A DNA stretch of 63,797 bases, filler included, from Octopus bimaculoides (Eukaryota): the NCBI RefSeq assembly GCF_001194135.2. It is 4 parts of 4 records of this genome, joined end to end, with 100 filler letters (N's around TTAATTAATTAA, not from the genome) between each part and the next. Parts side by side here need not be neighbours in the genome. Positions count along the whole stretch, not along the records: positions 1 to 28,590 come from NC_068982.1; 3 more parts are not named here. One strand, 5' to 3'. The position numbers and the translations under genes are program-made. This document shows positions 1 through 11,209 of this stretch, in pieces. Position 1 is the first letter of the stretch. The number at the start of each line of letters is the position of its first letter. The notes under the pieces were generated by a model. That model was not told the origin of the DNA. It made no database searches and saw only the letters and a list, made by a program, of their open reading frames with translations.

Positions 1-55
1 ATATATATATATATATATACACATACACATATGTATATCTATATCTATCTATCTA

Positions 56-88
<33 letters not shown>

Positions 89-119
89 TTCTGCACATTT
101 TCAGTGTTTATTGCTCCTT

Positions 120-2530
120 AGCATCGGCCACATACAAAAACTAACTCCCTAGTTAGCCTTCCTTTGATATTGCTGCACCTCTTATGTGTTCATAGCTTAC
201 ACTGGGTGCATCTTATAGAGTTTCTACCTACGCCTTTTCTACAGATCGAGCAGGGCCATCTCTCTGAAGGGGTTTGTGGTTTGTCTGCCTTCCTACTTAT
301 TAGGACTTTGGTTTTAGCTAGGTTGACTCTAAGGCCCTTTGAGTCTAGTCCTTGCTTCTACACCAGAAACTTCTCTAGTCTGATAGTGACTCAACAATTA
401 GTACACGGTCATAAGCATAGAGAAGCTCCCAGGGTCAGCCTGTCTTGAATCCCTCTATTATTGCCTGGAGGGCCATGATAAATAGGAGGAGGCTGAGGAC
501 TGAACCTTGGTGGATCCCTACCTCTACCCAGAATTCTTCACTGTACTCATTGCCAACCTTCACCCTACTGACAGCATCCCTGTACATGGCTCATACAGCT
601 CTCACTAATCACTCATCTATCCCTAGTTTCCTCATTGACCACCAGATAAGGGATCAAGGGACCCTGACAAAGGCTTTCTCCATGTCAACAAAAGCCAAGT
701 ACAGAGGTTTATCTTTGGCTAGGTATTTCTCCTGCAGCTGCCTTACCAGAAATATAGCATCAGTGGTGCTTATACCTGGCACAAAACCAGACTGCATATC
801 GTCTAAACTGACCCTCTCCCTAATTAGTTGGGCTATGACCCTCTCCATGACTTTCATTACCTGATCTAACAGCTTGATGCCTCTGTAATTATTTGTATCT
901 AAAGCGTTACCTTTACCTTTATAGCAATTGACTATGGTGCTGCTATACCAGTCATTGGGTATGACTCCTTCATGTATCACCTGGTTAACAATACGGGTGA
1001 CTAGGCTATAGCCGACACTGCCAGATATTTTGAGCATCTCTGCAGTGATTCCCGATGGGCCGGGGGCCTTCCCTGTCTTCATACTCTTAATTGCTTTATC
1101 TACCATGGTACTGTCAACTCGGATAGCTGGTCCCTCTGTTGGGTCGACATTCGGCAGACTCTCTTTCTCCCATTCATTCTCTTTATTGATCAATCTTTCG
1201 TAGTGGCGTCTCCAAACCTCTTTTTTTGCAGCCTCGATTAGTGCAAGTGTACCATCATCCATGCGAACACATTTCTCTCCTACGACATCACGATTCTCTC
1301 TCACACACTGTCTTGCAACACGAAATACCTCAAGTCTTTCGTCCTCAGCGGCGCAGAACATTGGAAAACTTTTTCTTATCTGCTTCTCTGGCTAAATAAA
1401 CCTGTCGCCTAGCTTCCCTTCTGGCAGTCTGATACAATTTCCTGCTACTACCATTCTTCCAGTTCTTCCAAGCCTGTTTCTTTTGTCTAATGGCCCTGTC
1501 AGCAACATTGTTCCACCACCACGTTATTTTGGGTCGAGAGGGGACTTTGCACCATCCACAGATCTGGTCAGTCGCCCTCAGTAGATTGTCCCGTAGAAAT
1601 CTCCAGTTGTCTTCTACATCGTGGGAAGCTATATCCCCTTCTATTTTGTCAAAGGCTTCGAGTAATATGTCTCTAAATCTCTGTCCATTCGCAGGATCTT
1701 TGAGCTTCCAGACCCTTCTCCTCCAAGCTGGTCATCTTCTGGGTAACCACTTAGCCCTGATCCTGAAGTCACTAACTTCTAGTCTATGTTGTGGGATACA
1801 TTCTTCGCCTGGGAAGGTTTTGGCAGTTATAAGCAGCCATCTTTCCTTTTTCCTGGCGAGGATATAGTCAATTTGGCTAGTGTGTCTGTCAGAACGGTAG
1901 GTGACTAGGTGACTGGCAGGTTTCCTGAAGCTAGTATTGCAAACCATAAGGTCATTTGTATCACAGAACTCCAGCAGCCTGGTTCCCTCCTCATTGCGGG
2001 AACCAAAACCATAGCCTCCATGTACGCCATAGAAGCCCCCTGAATGTTGTAGAAAAAAAACCCCATTGAAGTCACCAACCACAAAGAGAATGTCTCTGTC
2101 ATTCGTCGACGAGGTAGTCTGCAAGAGGGTGTCATAAAATCGGTCTTTCTGTCCATCGGGTATCCCCGGTTGAAGGGCATAGGCCGAGATAATGGTTGCT
2201 AACCCATGGTGAAGGACTAATCTAATCTTAAGTATTCTATCGTACACTCTAACTACCTCGATTACCTTATCCACCCATTTCTCTGCAAGAAGTATACCCA
2301 CGCCCCCGACCCCGTCTGTGTTNNNNNNNNNNTTATCCACCCATTTCTCTGCAAGAAGTATACCCACGCCCCCGACCCCGTCTGTGTTCCCTGCCCAGAA
2401 AATCTTGTACCTGTGTTTTTTGCCTGTGAGGAACCTAGTGGAACCTCCTCTCCACCTTACTTCTTGGAGGCAGCAGATACCGACACATCTCTGTTCAAGC
2501 ATATATATGTTGCTACATAATTTTACTTCG
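120..2530 (-). mobile_element. Decayed RTE-clade LINE (APE endonuclease plus RT)
   Basis: ORF 1732-2628 has endonuclease motifs (CCLQEVRW, GVGILL, VGDFNG, SQIDYIL). ORF 654-1361 has RT motifs (KAPGPSGI, YKGKG, YRGIKLL, FVDMEKAF). HQGSVLSPLLF follows, with stops and frameshifts. Confidence 0.92.
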
Positions 2531-2536
2531 CAAATG

Positions 2537-3100
2537 CTATTCAGAAATTGACGTTTGGTGCATGAGAGAGTTTGATGCAGCTGCCCACATCTGCACCTCC
2601 TGCTGCAAAGTTGGTTCATCTGGGACACTTGACACGAAGAGGTCCAGCTTCATCTTGAAGACACCTACATCCACCGCATGTAGGTCTCTCAGGTCCTTCG
2701 GGAGGATATTGAAGAGCTGTGGACCTCTGAAGCCTAGGCTATTGCAGTATCTTGTCCTACATCTTGATGGCAAATTTGGAGTCCTTGGCACCATGCAATG
2801 GCGTCCAGTTCTTTTATTTGTGTAACTTTCGATGCCAAAGTTTGGGACAATTCCTTCGAGGATCTTCCAGATGTATATTATGGCAGATCTTTCTCGTCTA
2901 CGCTCTAAGGAATAAAGTCTTAATCTCTTGAGTCTTTCCCAATAGCTTATATGCTGCATAGAGGCTATCTTCTTCGTGTAGTTTCGTTGGATTGCCTCAA
3001 GTTCTGAGATTAATTTGACACTGGTTGGTGACCATAGCTGAGAGCAATAGTCAAAGTGGCTTAGGACAAGTGTCCTCCAGAGGACCATCATGGTTTCCGA
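2537..3100 (-). mobile_element. CR1/L2-group LINE 3' fragment
   Basis: ORF reads LVLSHFDYCSQLWSP...LEAIQRNYTKKI...SYWERLKRLRLYSLERRRER, typical of the C-terminus of CR1/L2 ORF2. Confidence 0.85.
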
Positions 3101-3119
3101 TCTCTTGTTCTAAAAGTCA

Positions 3120-3255
3120 TAACAATCCATCCGGTCAGTCGCCTGCATTTCATTGCCAATATGTTTGTGTTTTGTGGACTTGGAGAAAGCCTTTGACAGG
3201 ATGCCCTGATCCCTTATCTGGTGGGCAATGCGGAAACTGGGGATTGTAGTTGTGA
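3120..3255 (+). mobile_element. Short RTE RT fragment in the opposite orientation to the 120-2530 copy
   Basis: Plus-strand translation VCFVDLEKAFDRMP*SLIWWAMRKLG, homologous to the reverse complement of about 620-700. Confidence 0.75.
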
Positions 3256-3520
3256 TCCCCATGCCAGTGGCATGTAAAAAGCACCATCTGAACATGACCA
3301 ATGCCAGCGCCGCCGTGACTGGCCCTTTGTGCCGGTGGCACGTAAAAAGCATCCACTACACTCTCGGAGTGGTTGGCATTAGGAAGGGGATCCAGCTGTA
3401 GAAACATTGCCAGATCAGATTGGAGCCTGGTGCAGCTGCTGGCTTCCTAGATCCCAGTCGAACTATCCAACCCATGCCAGCATGGAAAACGGACGTTAAA
3501 CGATGATGATGATGATGATA
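3256..3520 (+). mobile_element. RTE 3'UTR or RTE-tailed SINE ending in (GAT)n
   Basis: Ends ...ccatgccagcatggaaaacggacgttaaacgatgatgatg, a simple-repeat tail typical of RTE 3' ends. Confidence 0.6.
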
Positions 3521-5184
3521 TGCGATACATATATTTGTGTGTGTGTGTATGTGTATATATACACAACACACTCACACATGTGTAATATATACATACATAT
3601 GAATTTATTTCTGTGCGTGAGTGAGAAAGAAAAGAAAAGGAAAGAAATAGATGAGGAAATTAATTTCGAAATTAATTCAAATTTCATCTTTTTAAAAATA
3701 AGAATTTGAGATACAAAATAAACGAATATTTCAAATAAATAGCTTCCTGTTACTATAATAACTTAATCAAAACCGTTCGCATGCTGATACATTTATAGAA
3801 ATTATAGACAAAAGGACGATAGTTACTTTCCGTATAAATTGAATACTAGAATAAAACGTACACATTAAACATAATAAGTAGACAAAAATAACAGAAGATC
3901 CGTGCATTTAATTGTATAGTTTTGCTTTTAACGTCAGTGCGTCTATTAATAGAAGTAGAGCTGTTCATTTCAGCTGATATGTAGACATCATACGCAATTC
4001 AATAAATATCATTTGAGAGACTTTGTTTTTTGTTAACCGAAAGTAAATATTCCCCTCTGGTGTAGTCATACAGGGGAAACATCCCGTATAGTTGTCAACG
4101 TCGGTAAATGATTTTAAATAGCAAGAATAATACCATATGTTTTTATAACCATTAAAAACAAATCAAAACATGAAGTTAGTACTCATGCAGCGTTTTACTT
4201 CATGCAAATAATATTTTTCATGCAGAAAATTACCTCCGAGTACATTTTCTTCATTGGTTGCAAAAAAATAAATGTAACTAAACGTATACTTGGGTCTGCC
4301 TAATATAAAGTGAAGAGTGAATTTTATTGTAACAAGTTGCGTTGCTTGCAGTTTAGAAATTGGTATTAAATAAGTTTATTGTAGTAATTATTTAGTTTAA
4401 CGAAGATTCTGCTTTGCTTTTCGTAAGCCAGTCGTTTCGTATAAGAATTCAATAACATTATCCTATTTTGGAATGAGAGTAGCCTCTCTCTATCCACGTA
4501 TGTCTGCCTGTACATCGTTTCTACTTATAGACATAAAGTCCGGTATTTGACGGGGCTTATCAACTACATCGATCCCAGTGCTCAACTGATACTTATATAT
4601 ATATATATATNNNNNNNNNNNNNNNNNNNNNNNNNNNNNNNNNNNNNNNNNNNNNNNNNNNNNNNNNNNNNNNNNNNNNNNNNNNNNNNNNNNNNNNNNN
4701 NNNNNNNNNNNNNNNNNNNNNNNNNNNNNNNNNNNNNNNNNNNNNNNNNNNNNNNNNNNNNNNNNNNNNNNNNNNNNNNNNNNNNNNNNNNNNNNNNNNN
4801 NNNNNNNNNNNNNNNNNNNNNNNNNNNNNNNNNNNNNNNNNNNNNNNNNNNNNNNNNNNNNNNNNNNNNNNGTGCGCACGCATACTGATTACATTATCGT
4901 ATAATGTGTTTATGTTTTTAAATGACTTGAAAATATGAAAAGACAACATTAAATAGAAAAAAAAAAAATAAATGGCCCACTAAACTCAAACCTTCTCCCC
5001 TCAGATTCATACAGTTCTCAAACTTTGAACACTATACCATAAGGTAATCAGTATACATGCGCACAACGACCGGAAGTTATGGGATCTAGTACCGAAAGAT
5101 CGCCCAAATAAAATTAAAAATATAATAATATGAATGAATAACGAAAATGAAAGAAATGGAAATGTGCTGCTTGCCACAACATCA

Positions 5185-5268
5185 CTTGGGAGTCCTTTTA
5201 CCTTGGGAGTCCTTTTACCTTGGGAGTCCTTTTACCTTGGGAGTCCTTTTACCTTGGGAGTCCTTTTA
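5185..5268. repeat. 17-bp tandem repeat, 5 copies
   Basis: cttgggagtccttttac repeated head to tail with no spacers. Confidence 0.95.
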
Positions 5269-5699
5269 ACACATCCAAATCATGTTTTTCTAACAATTTC
5301 TTACAACCAATCGTGTCTGTTATCTTTTTTAAGTCAGCATCACTTTTCCAATATTTGTATCCTATTTCTTTACTTCTTCCATTTGTTTCTTTTAAGCTAT
5401 TTAATACTTTCCTGATTATTCTGGCACTCTTTTCCAATTTCCTTTATATTCCTCTTGATGATTACTATTATTATTATTTATTGTCTTTGCACAGCTTCTA
5501 ACGCTGGAGATGTACTACGGTGCCAGATGCTTACTATCAGTGAACTCAGGTAACGCCCCTTATTATTATTTACGACGCACAGTATCCAATATTGTGAGGT
5601 TGTTGATAGAAGATATTGTGTCTACCGAGGATTTGTACTGTTTGTCAAGCCACAACAAGGACCTCACACAGACAGTACTTTACGCAATATGCGTGCGGT

Positions 5700-6420
5700 T
5701 CCAAGTAATGCCGACTTTTGCAATACATCTAGATTGGTGGGTATTTCTAAGGTTTTCAGATGTTTCTTTCAGATTGGGCGGTATTGAACCCAATGCTCCG
5801 ATGACAATAGGGATAACCTTTATGTTCGACTCTCACAGCTGCCACATCTTAGCGATCTCAATTCTCAGGTCTCCATAACTATCAACCATTTCTTTTACTT
5901 TCATGATGATATGTTGATCTCTTGGCACTGCTACGTCGATTATTAGACACTCTTCTTTGTCCCTCTTGTTTGTTACTATGTCCGGCCTTCGGTGCTCTAA
6001 CACCTTGTCTGTCTGGAAGTCAAAATCCTAGAGGACTGTTGCCTTCCCCTTTACGTCCATTACCTTTTCTGGTATATGTTGATACCAAGCACCCCTAAAC
6101 TCACATTCATACTCCCGGCATAATAGCCAGTAGTAGTTTTGCGTCACCTTGTCAGGTCTACACTTGTACTCTTTCTGCGCAAGACTTTCACATGCACTAA
6201 CAATGTGAGTCACGCTTTCGATCCTCTTCCCACATATTCGGCAGAGGTTCATTGTACTTGTGTGGTATATATCCATTTTCACCGACTTAGTATTCAATGC
6301 CTGATCCTGGGCAGCAATAACTAGGCTTTCAAGCTTCCTTTTCTAGGTCACTCTTGCTGAGCCACCTCCATGATGCTTCCAATATACACTGAACTACAGA
6401 AACATTTATGAACCACAGAT
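5700..6420 (-). mobile_element. R4/Dong-like non-LTR retrotransposon 3' fragment (CCHC knuckle plus restriction-like endonuclease)
   Basis: CRICGKRIESVTHIVSACESLAQKEY, followed by DF.TDKVLEHRRPDI...DVAVP and IPIVIGALGSI on the minus strand, with stops. Confidence 0.8.
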
Positions 6421-7350
6421 TATTCCCATCCCCAAATATATGTGGTACGGCGGTTATTCTTCACTTGCGGAGAAGAGCTTAACTGAAGATGAGGTGTTAT
6501 CTGCTGTGTTTGCAGACCTCAATTGAAGCGCGTATAAAGGAAGCTCACAGACTGAGCAGTAGTTAGAAAGTGTGCCGCAAAGATTGAGCGGTATGAAGTA
6601 TATAAAGTAGGAGCAATACGGTCAAAAAGGTTGATCATATTGACTGCATCTCGGGCCCTAAAAGAATAGTTATATGGGAGATGAAGGGAAATTTATAGAA
6701 GGAAATTGGAAGCATGTGGAAAGTCTGGTGGGTATAGGAAAGAAGGAACACCTGAATAGAGGATTACGGGGATTTTTCTTTTATCCATTACGGACGATAG
6801 GAACGGGTGTTTGGAAAAGATAAGGGTGGTTGCAAGATTGGACTAGAAAAAGTGGAATTTGGAAGGGATAGTGGGCTGAAGCGGAAGAATCTCAGGGTTG
6901 AAAATAAAGAATCAAGAAGTTCAGCCTTTAGGAGGTTGGATGCGTAGAATAATTACAGCATTGCGACTGACAGAACAGATAGGGTGGAGGAGGTTAGCGT
7001 TGGCGATGAGTTGGGCCACAAGAAATAATATAATTGCTTTGAAGAGGTATCGAACTCGGAGATCGTGCTTCATAGGAAGAATTGTGAGGAGGGGATAAAA
7101 GATATGATATATGGGGTGGGGGTGAGGAAGAAATGCCATGGTAAGAGTGAGAAACCACAGGTTTATAGGAGACAAATGTGGAGAGGCACCGGTGTCAACA
7201 CAGACAAAAATACCTGAAAAGGCGATGAGTCTGTTAGAAATGTTGGAGGTGAGTTCCAGTACAAAAATTTTAATTCTGTCTGTATGTTTAATATCTAGGA
7301 AACCGTATTTAAATTCGTTTTCTGTACTTGGTTTGCAAGATCCTTGATGT
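6420..7350 (-). mobile_element. Heavily decayed Penelope-like element fragment
   Basis: Patchy minus-strand similarity to the PLE RT-EN linker (KHPFLSSVMDKKNPRNPLFR) and the GIY-YIG region (CSYFIYFIPLNLCG). It abuts a terminal repeat family at 7330-7660. Confidence 0.45.
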
Positions 7351-8028
7351 GAATTTGTGTGTTAAAACATATCTTGTTGTGCCTTGGGAGGGTCATTGCA
7401 CTAATAATAATAAACACACGCATTGGCTCAATAGCACTTCTTTGTTGTTAGACGATTGGTTGAATATCAAATGAACTAACTAAGGAGGCATGTCATCGAT
7501 GACATCATGAACGGCAACGAAAGGACTTTGGCAAACAAAGCCATTTGATTGTTTAGCCAACCTTATTAAATAAACGATTATTTAGTTGGTTAGATATTTA
7601 ATCGATTGACTAACAATAAAGAAGTGACATTGCACCAGCGTATGTGTTTATTATTTTTGCGTAACACCCTTTCCAAGACCCAACAAAAACCATGTTTTAA
7701 TGTCACTGATGCACTGTTGCATAACCTTATCTTCAAAATGTCCTAATATATTTAACAGGGGCTGATATGTGTTTACTTTATGTTATTTCGATTGAATAGT
7801 TTGAAGAATGCGGTAACTAAATAAGTGTGCTGTTTGCAGAATGACATTGTAATGCATTCGCCGTGCATTATTGCATTGATAGCTGTAATATTTTTGGATG
7901 TTAGGATCAATATGATAGTTTTAAATAGTTCTAATGTGTATCTGTTGATAAATATGTAATATTTTAACAAATTTTACGATGGAATACTTTCTGAAATACT
8001 TACATACACGTCATCCAATACAAACACA

Positions 8029-8066
<38 letters not shown>

Positions 8067-8183
8067 TGCAGGAGTATATTATGTTTAAGCCGAGAAATGT
8101 GAGTATTCATATCAGTTATGTTAATCAGTCTACAGGAATACTACGAACTCAATAATTTCTTCACATACTCATACATACGCATA

Positions 8184-8237
<54 letters not shown>

Positions 8238-9077
8238 CTTTTATATATTATGTATATATTTTTTATAATTTATAATCATTGGCATATCAAATATTTTTAA
8301 ATATATTTTATGATAAACGAAAAGGGATGTAAAAATATAGCGAAATCAAATTCGAAGAAAGAAAGCTTGGCAGTTGAAAGAATCTACCAGATTCATTAGA
8401 ATAACAAGAGAAAAATAAGATTAAGAAAGAGATTCAAATGATTATGACAAAAATTAAAGCAGTCGAAATATGAACGGTAAACGTAAAAATATTCCGTCGA
8501 TAGATTGTTAAATATTCCCTTCCTTCTCAACTGATAAAATCTTATTGAATTAATGTGTAAAAAATAAAAGTAAAAAAATATTTCTTTACTGGTTTACATT
8601 TTCGTTTTAAGTAAAGATTTCAATAAAAATGTCCATTCATTATTGAATATTTTGGACTATTATTTTACTCTTTTATATTTATTAAAAGATTCAAATATCT
8701 GTGAGACCTGCAAGAATTTTTGCATCTTTTGACATAAAGATTTTTTTATTGATTTTTAATTTATATTCAGCTTACTTGTGTTGATTCTTTTGTTACTTCA
8801 ACTAACGACAAGGATATGAAAACTTTCACTTTAATATATTGAGGTAACATATAAAAGATGTATTTATTGGTGATATTTAAATATGGAAGCTCTATAACCT
8901 GCGGTGTATGACATGCATAAAGCTAAATAAATGAGTGCGAATCAGAAAAGCTGCAATCCAGTTTCGATATCCGTTTATTGCCATTTCTATTCATGTATAT
9001 CACTATCACTATCGACTTAAGGAAATTCATGAAGATCACGATTTAATTTTAGTTTGAAGTCAGTAGAAATAATCTTT

Positions 9078-9287
9078 TTTACTTTAGGCACAAGGCCCGA
9101 AATTTTGGGGAAGGGGGCCGGTCGATTAGATCGACCCCAGTACGCAACTGGCACTTAATTTATCGACCCCGAAAGGATGAAAGGCAAAGTCGACCTCGGC
9201 GGAATTTGAACTCAGAACGTTGACAGACGAAATGCCACTAAGCATTTCGCCCGGCGTGCCGACGTTCCTGCCAGCTCTTCGCCGCCT
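9078..9287 (-). mobile_element. tRNA-derived SINE family A (Deu/Nin-like core)
   Basis: Reverse complement of aggcggcgagctggcag...gagttcaaattccgccgaggtcgactttgcctttcatcctttcggggtcgataaattaagt. Further copies at about 9512, 25415, 30100, 41200 and 45290. Confidence 0.85.
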
Positions 9288-9888
9288 GAGTCAATGGAAA
9301 TGACAGGTTAATGACTATTGCTATGACTCTTGTTAAATTAGGCTTCGCGTTGTCTTTGTACAACAAAGGAAGGCAGAATGAAACGAAATATATTTCATGC
9401 CTTGAATTCCTTCGTTTACAAACTGCGTGGTGCCTTACAGAAACCTATCCGTTGCTTATTATCAGCACCTCATGATTGTCAGTGCTTATAGATATAATCT
9501 GTTAAATATTGGTTTCAAATTTTGTTACAAGGCCAGCAGTTTCGGGGAGGGGAGGGGTTAAATCGATTACATTACTCAATTGGTACTTATTTTATCGACC
9601 CGAAAAGATGAAAGGCAAAATCAACCTCGATGGAATTTGAACATAGAACGTAAAGTTACCGCCACCATCTCTCACCGCCCTCTATACAGGTGTGTGCAAC
9701 AGATCCAAAAGTGTCACACTCATATAAGTGTCACCCACGGCGGATCAACCCATCAACCTACCCCTAAGCTACATTACTCTACCCAGTAGTTTGTTGTATT
9801 ATAATGTTGTTCATTGAAATAAAAACTGTCAAAATCTTTGTTTTTAATAGTATTTTACTTAATTTTTTCTTGAATATATCTCTATATA

Positions 9889-10140
9889 GGCGCAGGCGTA
9901 GCTGTGTGGTAAGAAGCTTGCTTCCCAACCACAGTTACGGGTTCAGTCCCACTGCGTAGCACCTTGGGCAAGCTGTTCCCCAATAGCTTTGTGCCGACCA
10001 AAGCCTTGTGAGTCTTGTCTTTGTGTCTGTGTGTGTCCCCTACCACTGCTTGACAACTGGTGTTGGTGTGTCCCCCGTAACTAAGCGGTTCGGCAAAACA
10101 GACCGATAGAATAAACACTAGGCTTAAAAACAAGTACTGG
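9889..10140 (+). mobile_element. tRNA-derived SINE family B (bipartite, internal microsatellite)
   Basis: ggcgcaggcgtagctgtgtggtaagaagcttgcttcccaaccac...gggttcagtcccactgcg...cgaccaaagccttgtgag...gcggttcggcaaaa.gaccgatagaata. Further copies at about 15000, 27640, 31005, 33950, 34570, 35845, 38590, 39410, 51220, 53815 and 56380. Confidence 0.85.
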
Positions 10141-10149
10141 GGTTGTGTT

Positions 10150-11163
10150 TCGGATCTTAATTTGTTACATCCTAAGAGAAACCATCCAAATAATTTTGAA
10201 GACTGCGGAATAAATGATAATCAGATGGAGCAATGTCCGACGAATATGGTGGGTGGGGGATCGTTTCCCATTCAAACCGCTCCAGCCTTTCGAATGTCAT
10301 CCTCACTGGATGTGGCCGAGAATTACCCTAATGGAGGAACACCTTTCATCTTGAAACCGAAGATGGTCGTTTTTCTTCTAGTGCTGACTTAAGCCGCTCA
10401 AGTTGCTCGCAGTAGATCTCCTTTGTTATCATTTGGTTTGGGTTTAAAAGTTCAAAGTGGGCTAAACCTTTCTTATCCCACCAAACAGATAACAACATCT
10501 TCTGTGGTTGAAGACCTTCTTGAGCCTGGGGTACCGGTGTTTCTCCTTTACCTACCCATTGTCTTCAGTGCCTGACATTTTTATAGAGAACCCATTTCTC
10601 GTCACCAGTCACTATTCGGTCCAAAAATGGTTCATTGTGAGACCAATTTGTTGACCTTTGCGATGGCACGCAGGTGTCGATGAATGGTTGAATGACCAAA
10701 TCCAAACATCTCTGCTAGTTTACCAACGGTTATGATAGGATTTTGTTCCACCAAGGTTTGCAGGATGTCCTCGTCGAGCTCTACAGATCTTCCAGGACGA
10801 GGCTCACCTTTTAGGCTGTAGTTAGTTTCTGGCTCGGAATTTCTGGAATCGCCGTTGCCACTGGCTTATGCTTATTGTCCAATCCTCATATACTGCATTA
10901 ATATTCCTAGCACTTTCTGTTGCGTTGTTGCCTTTATTGAACTTATAAAGAAAAATATGCCGAATATGCTCCTTTGTCACTTTCATTTTAACTTTGAAAA
11001 AATTACTGTTAAAATCGAACTCCAATCTTCAAAACTTGCGTTAAGAATAAGTACAAGGTACAATTACTACCTGCTTTTATAGCAAGTTGATGCAGGCAGT
11101 TTAACCCATCCACCTCCGACTTTTAGGTCATGCCACTGGAAAAACCGCATTATTTACGGGATG

Positions 11164-11168
<5 letters not shown>
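10150..11168 (-). mobile_element. Mariner (Mos1-like) transposon remnant
   Basis: ORF 10822-11025 (MKVTKEHIRHIFLYKFNKGNNATESARNI...) is a mariner HTH. A degenerate catalytic region follows. TIR-like ...ccgcattatttacgggatgaccc|ta at about 11145-11168. Confidence 0.8.

Positions 11169-11209
<41 letters not shown>

Noticed and set aside
2263-2392. Duplicated segment of about 60 bp in the RTE endonuclease
   Set aside because: Identical copies either side of a 10-N gap indicate an unmerged contig overlap.
5185-5268. Direct-repeat array as a possible CRISPR
   Set aside because: Head-to-tail repeats with no spacers, in a eukaryotic context with no cas genes.
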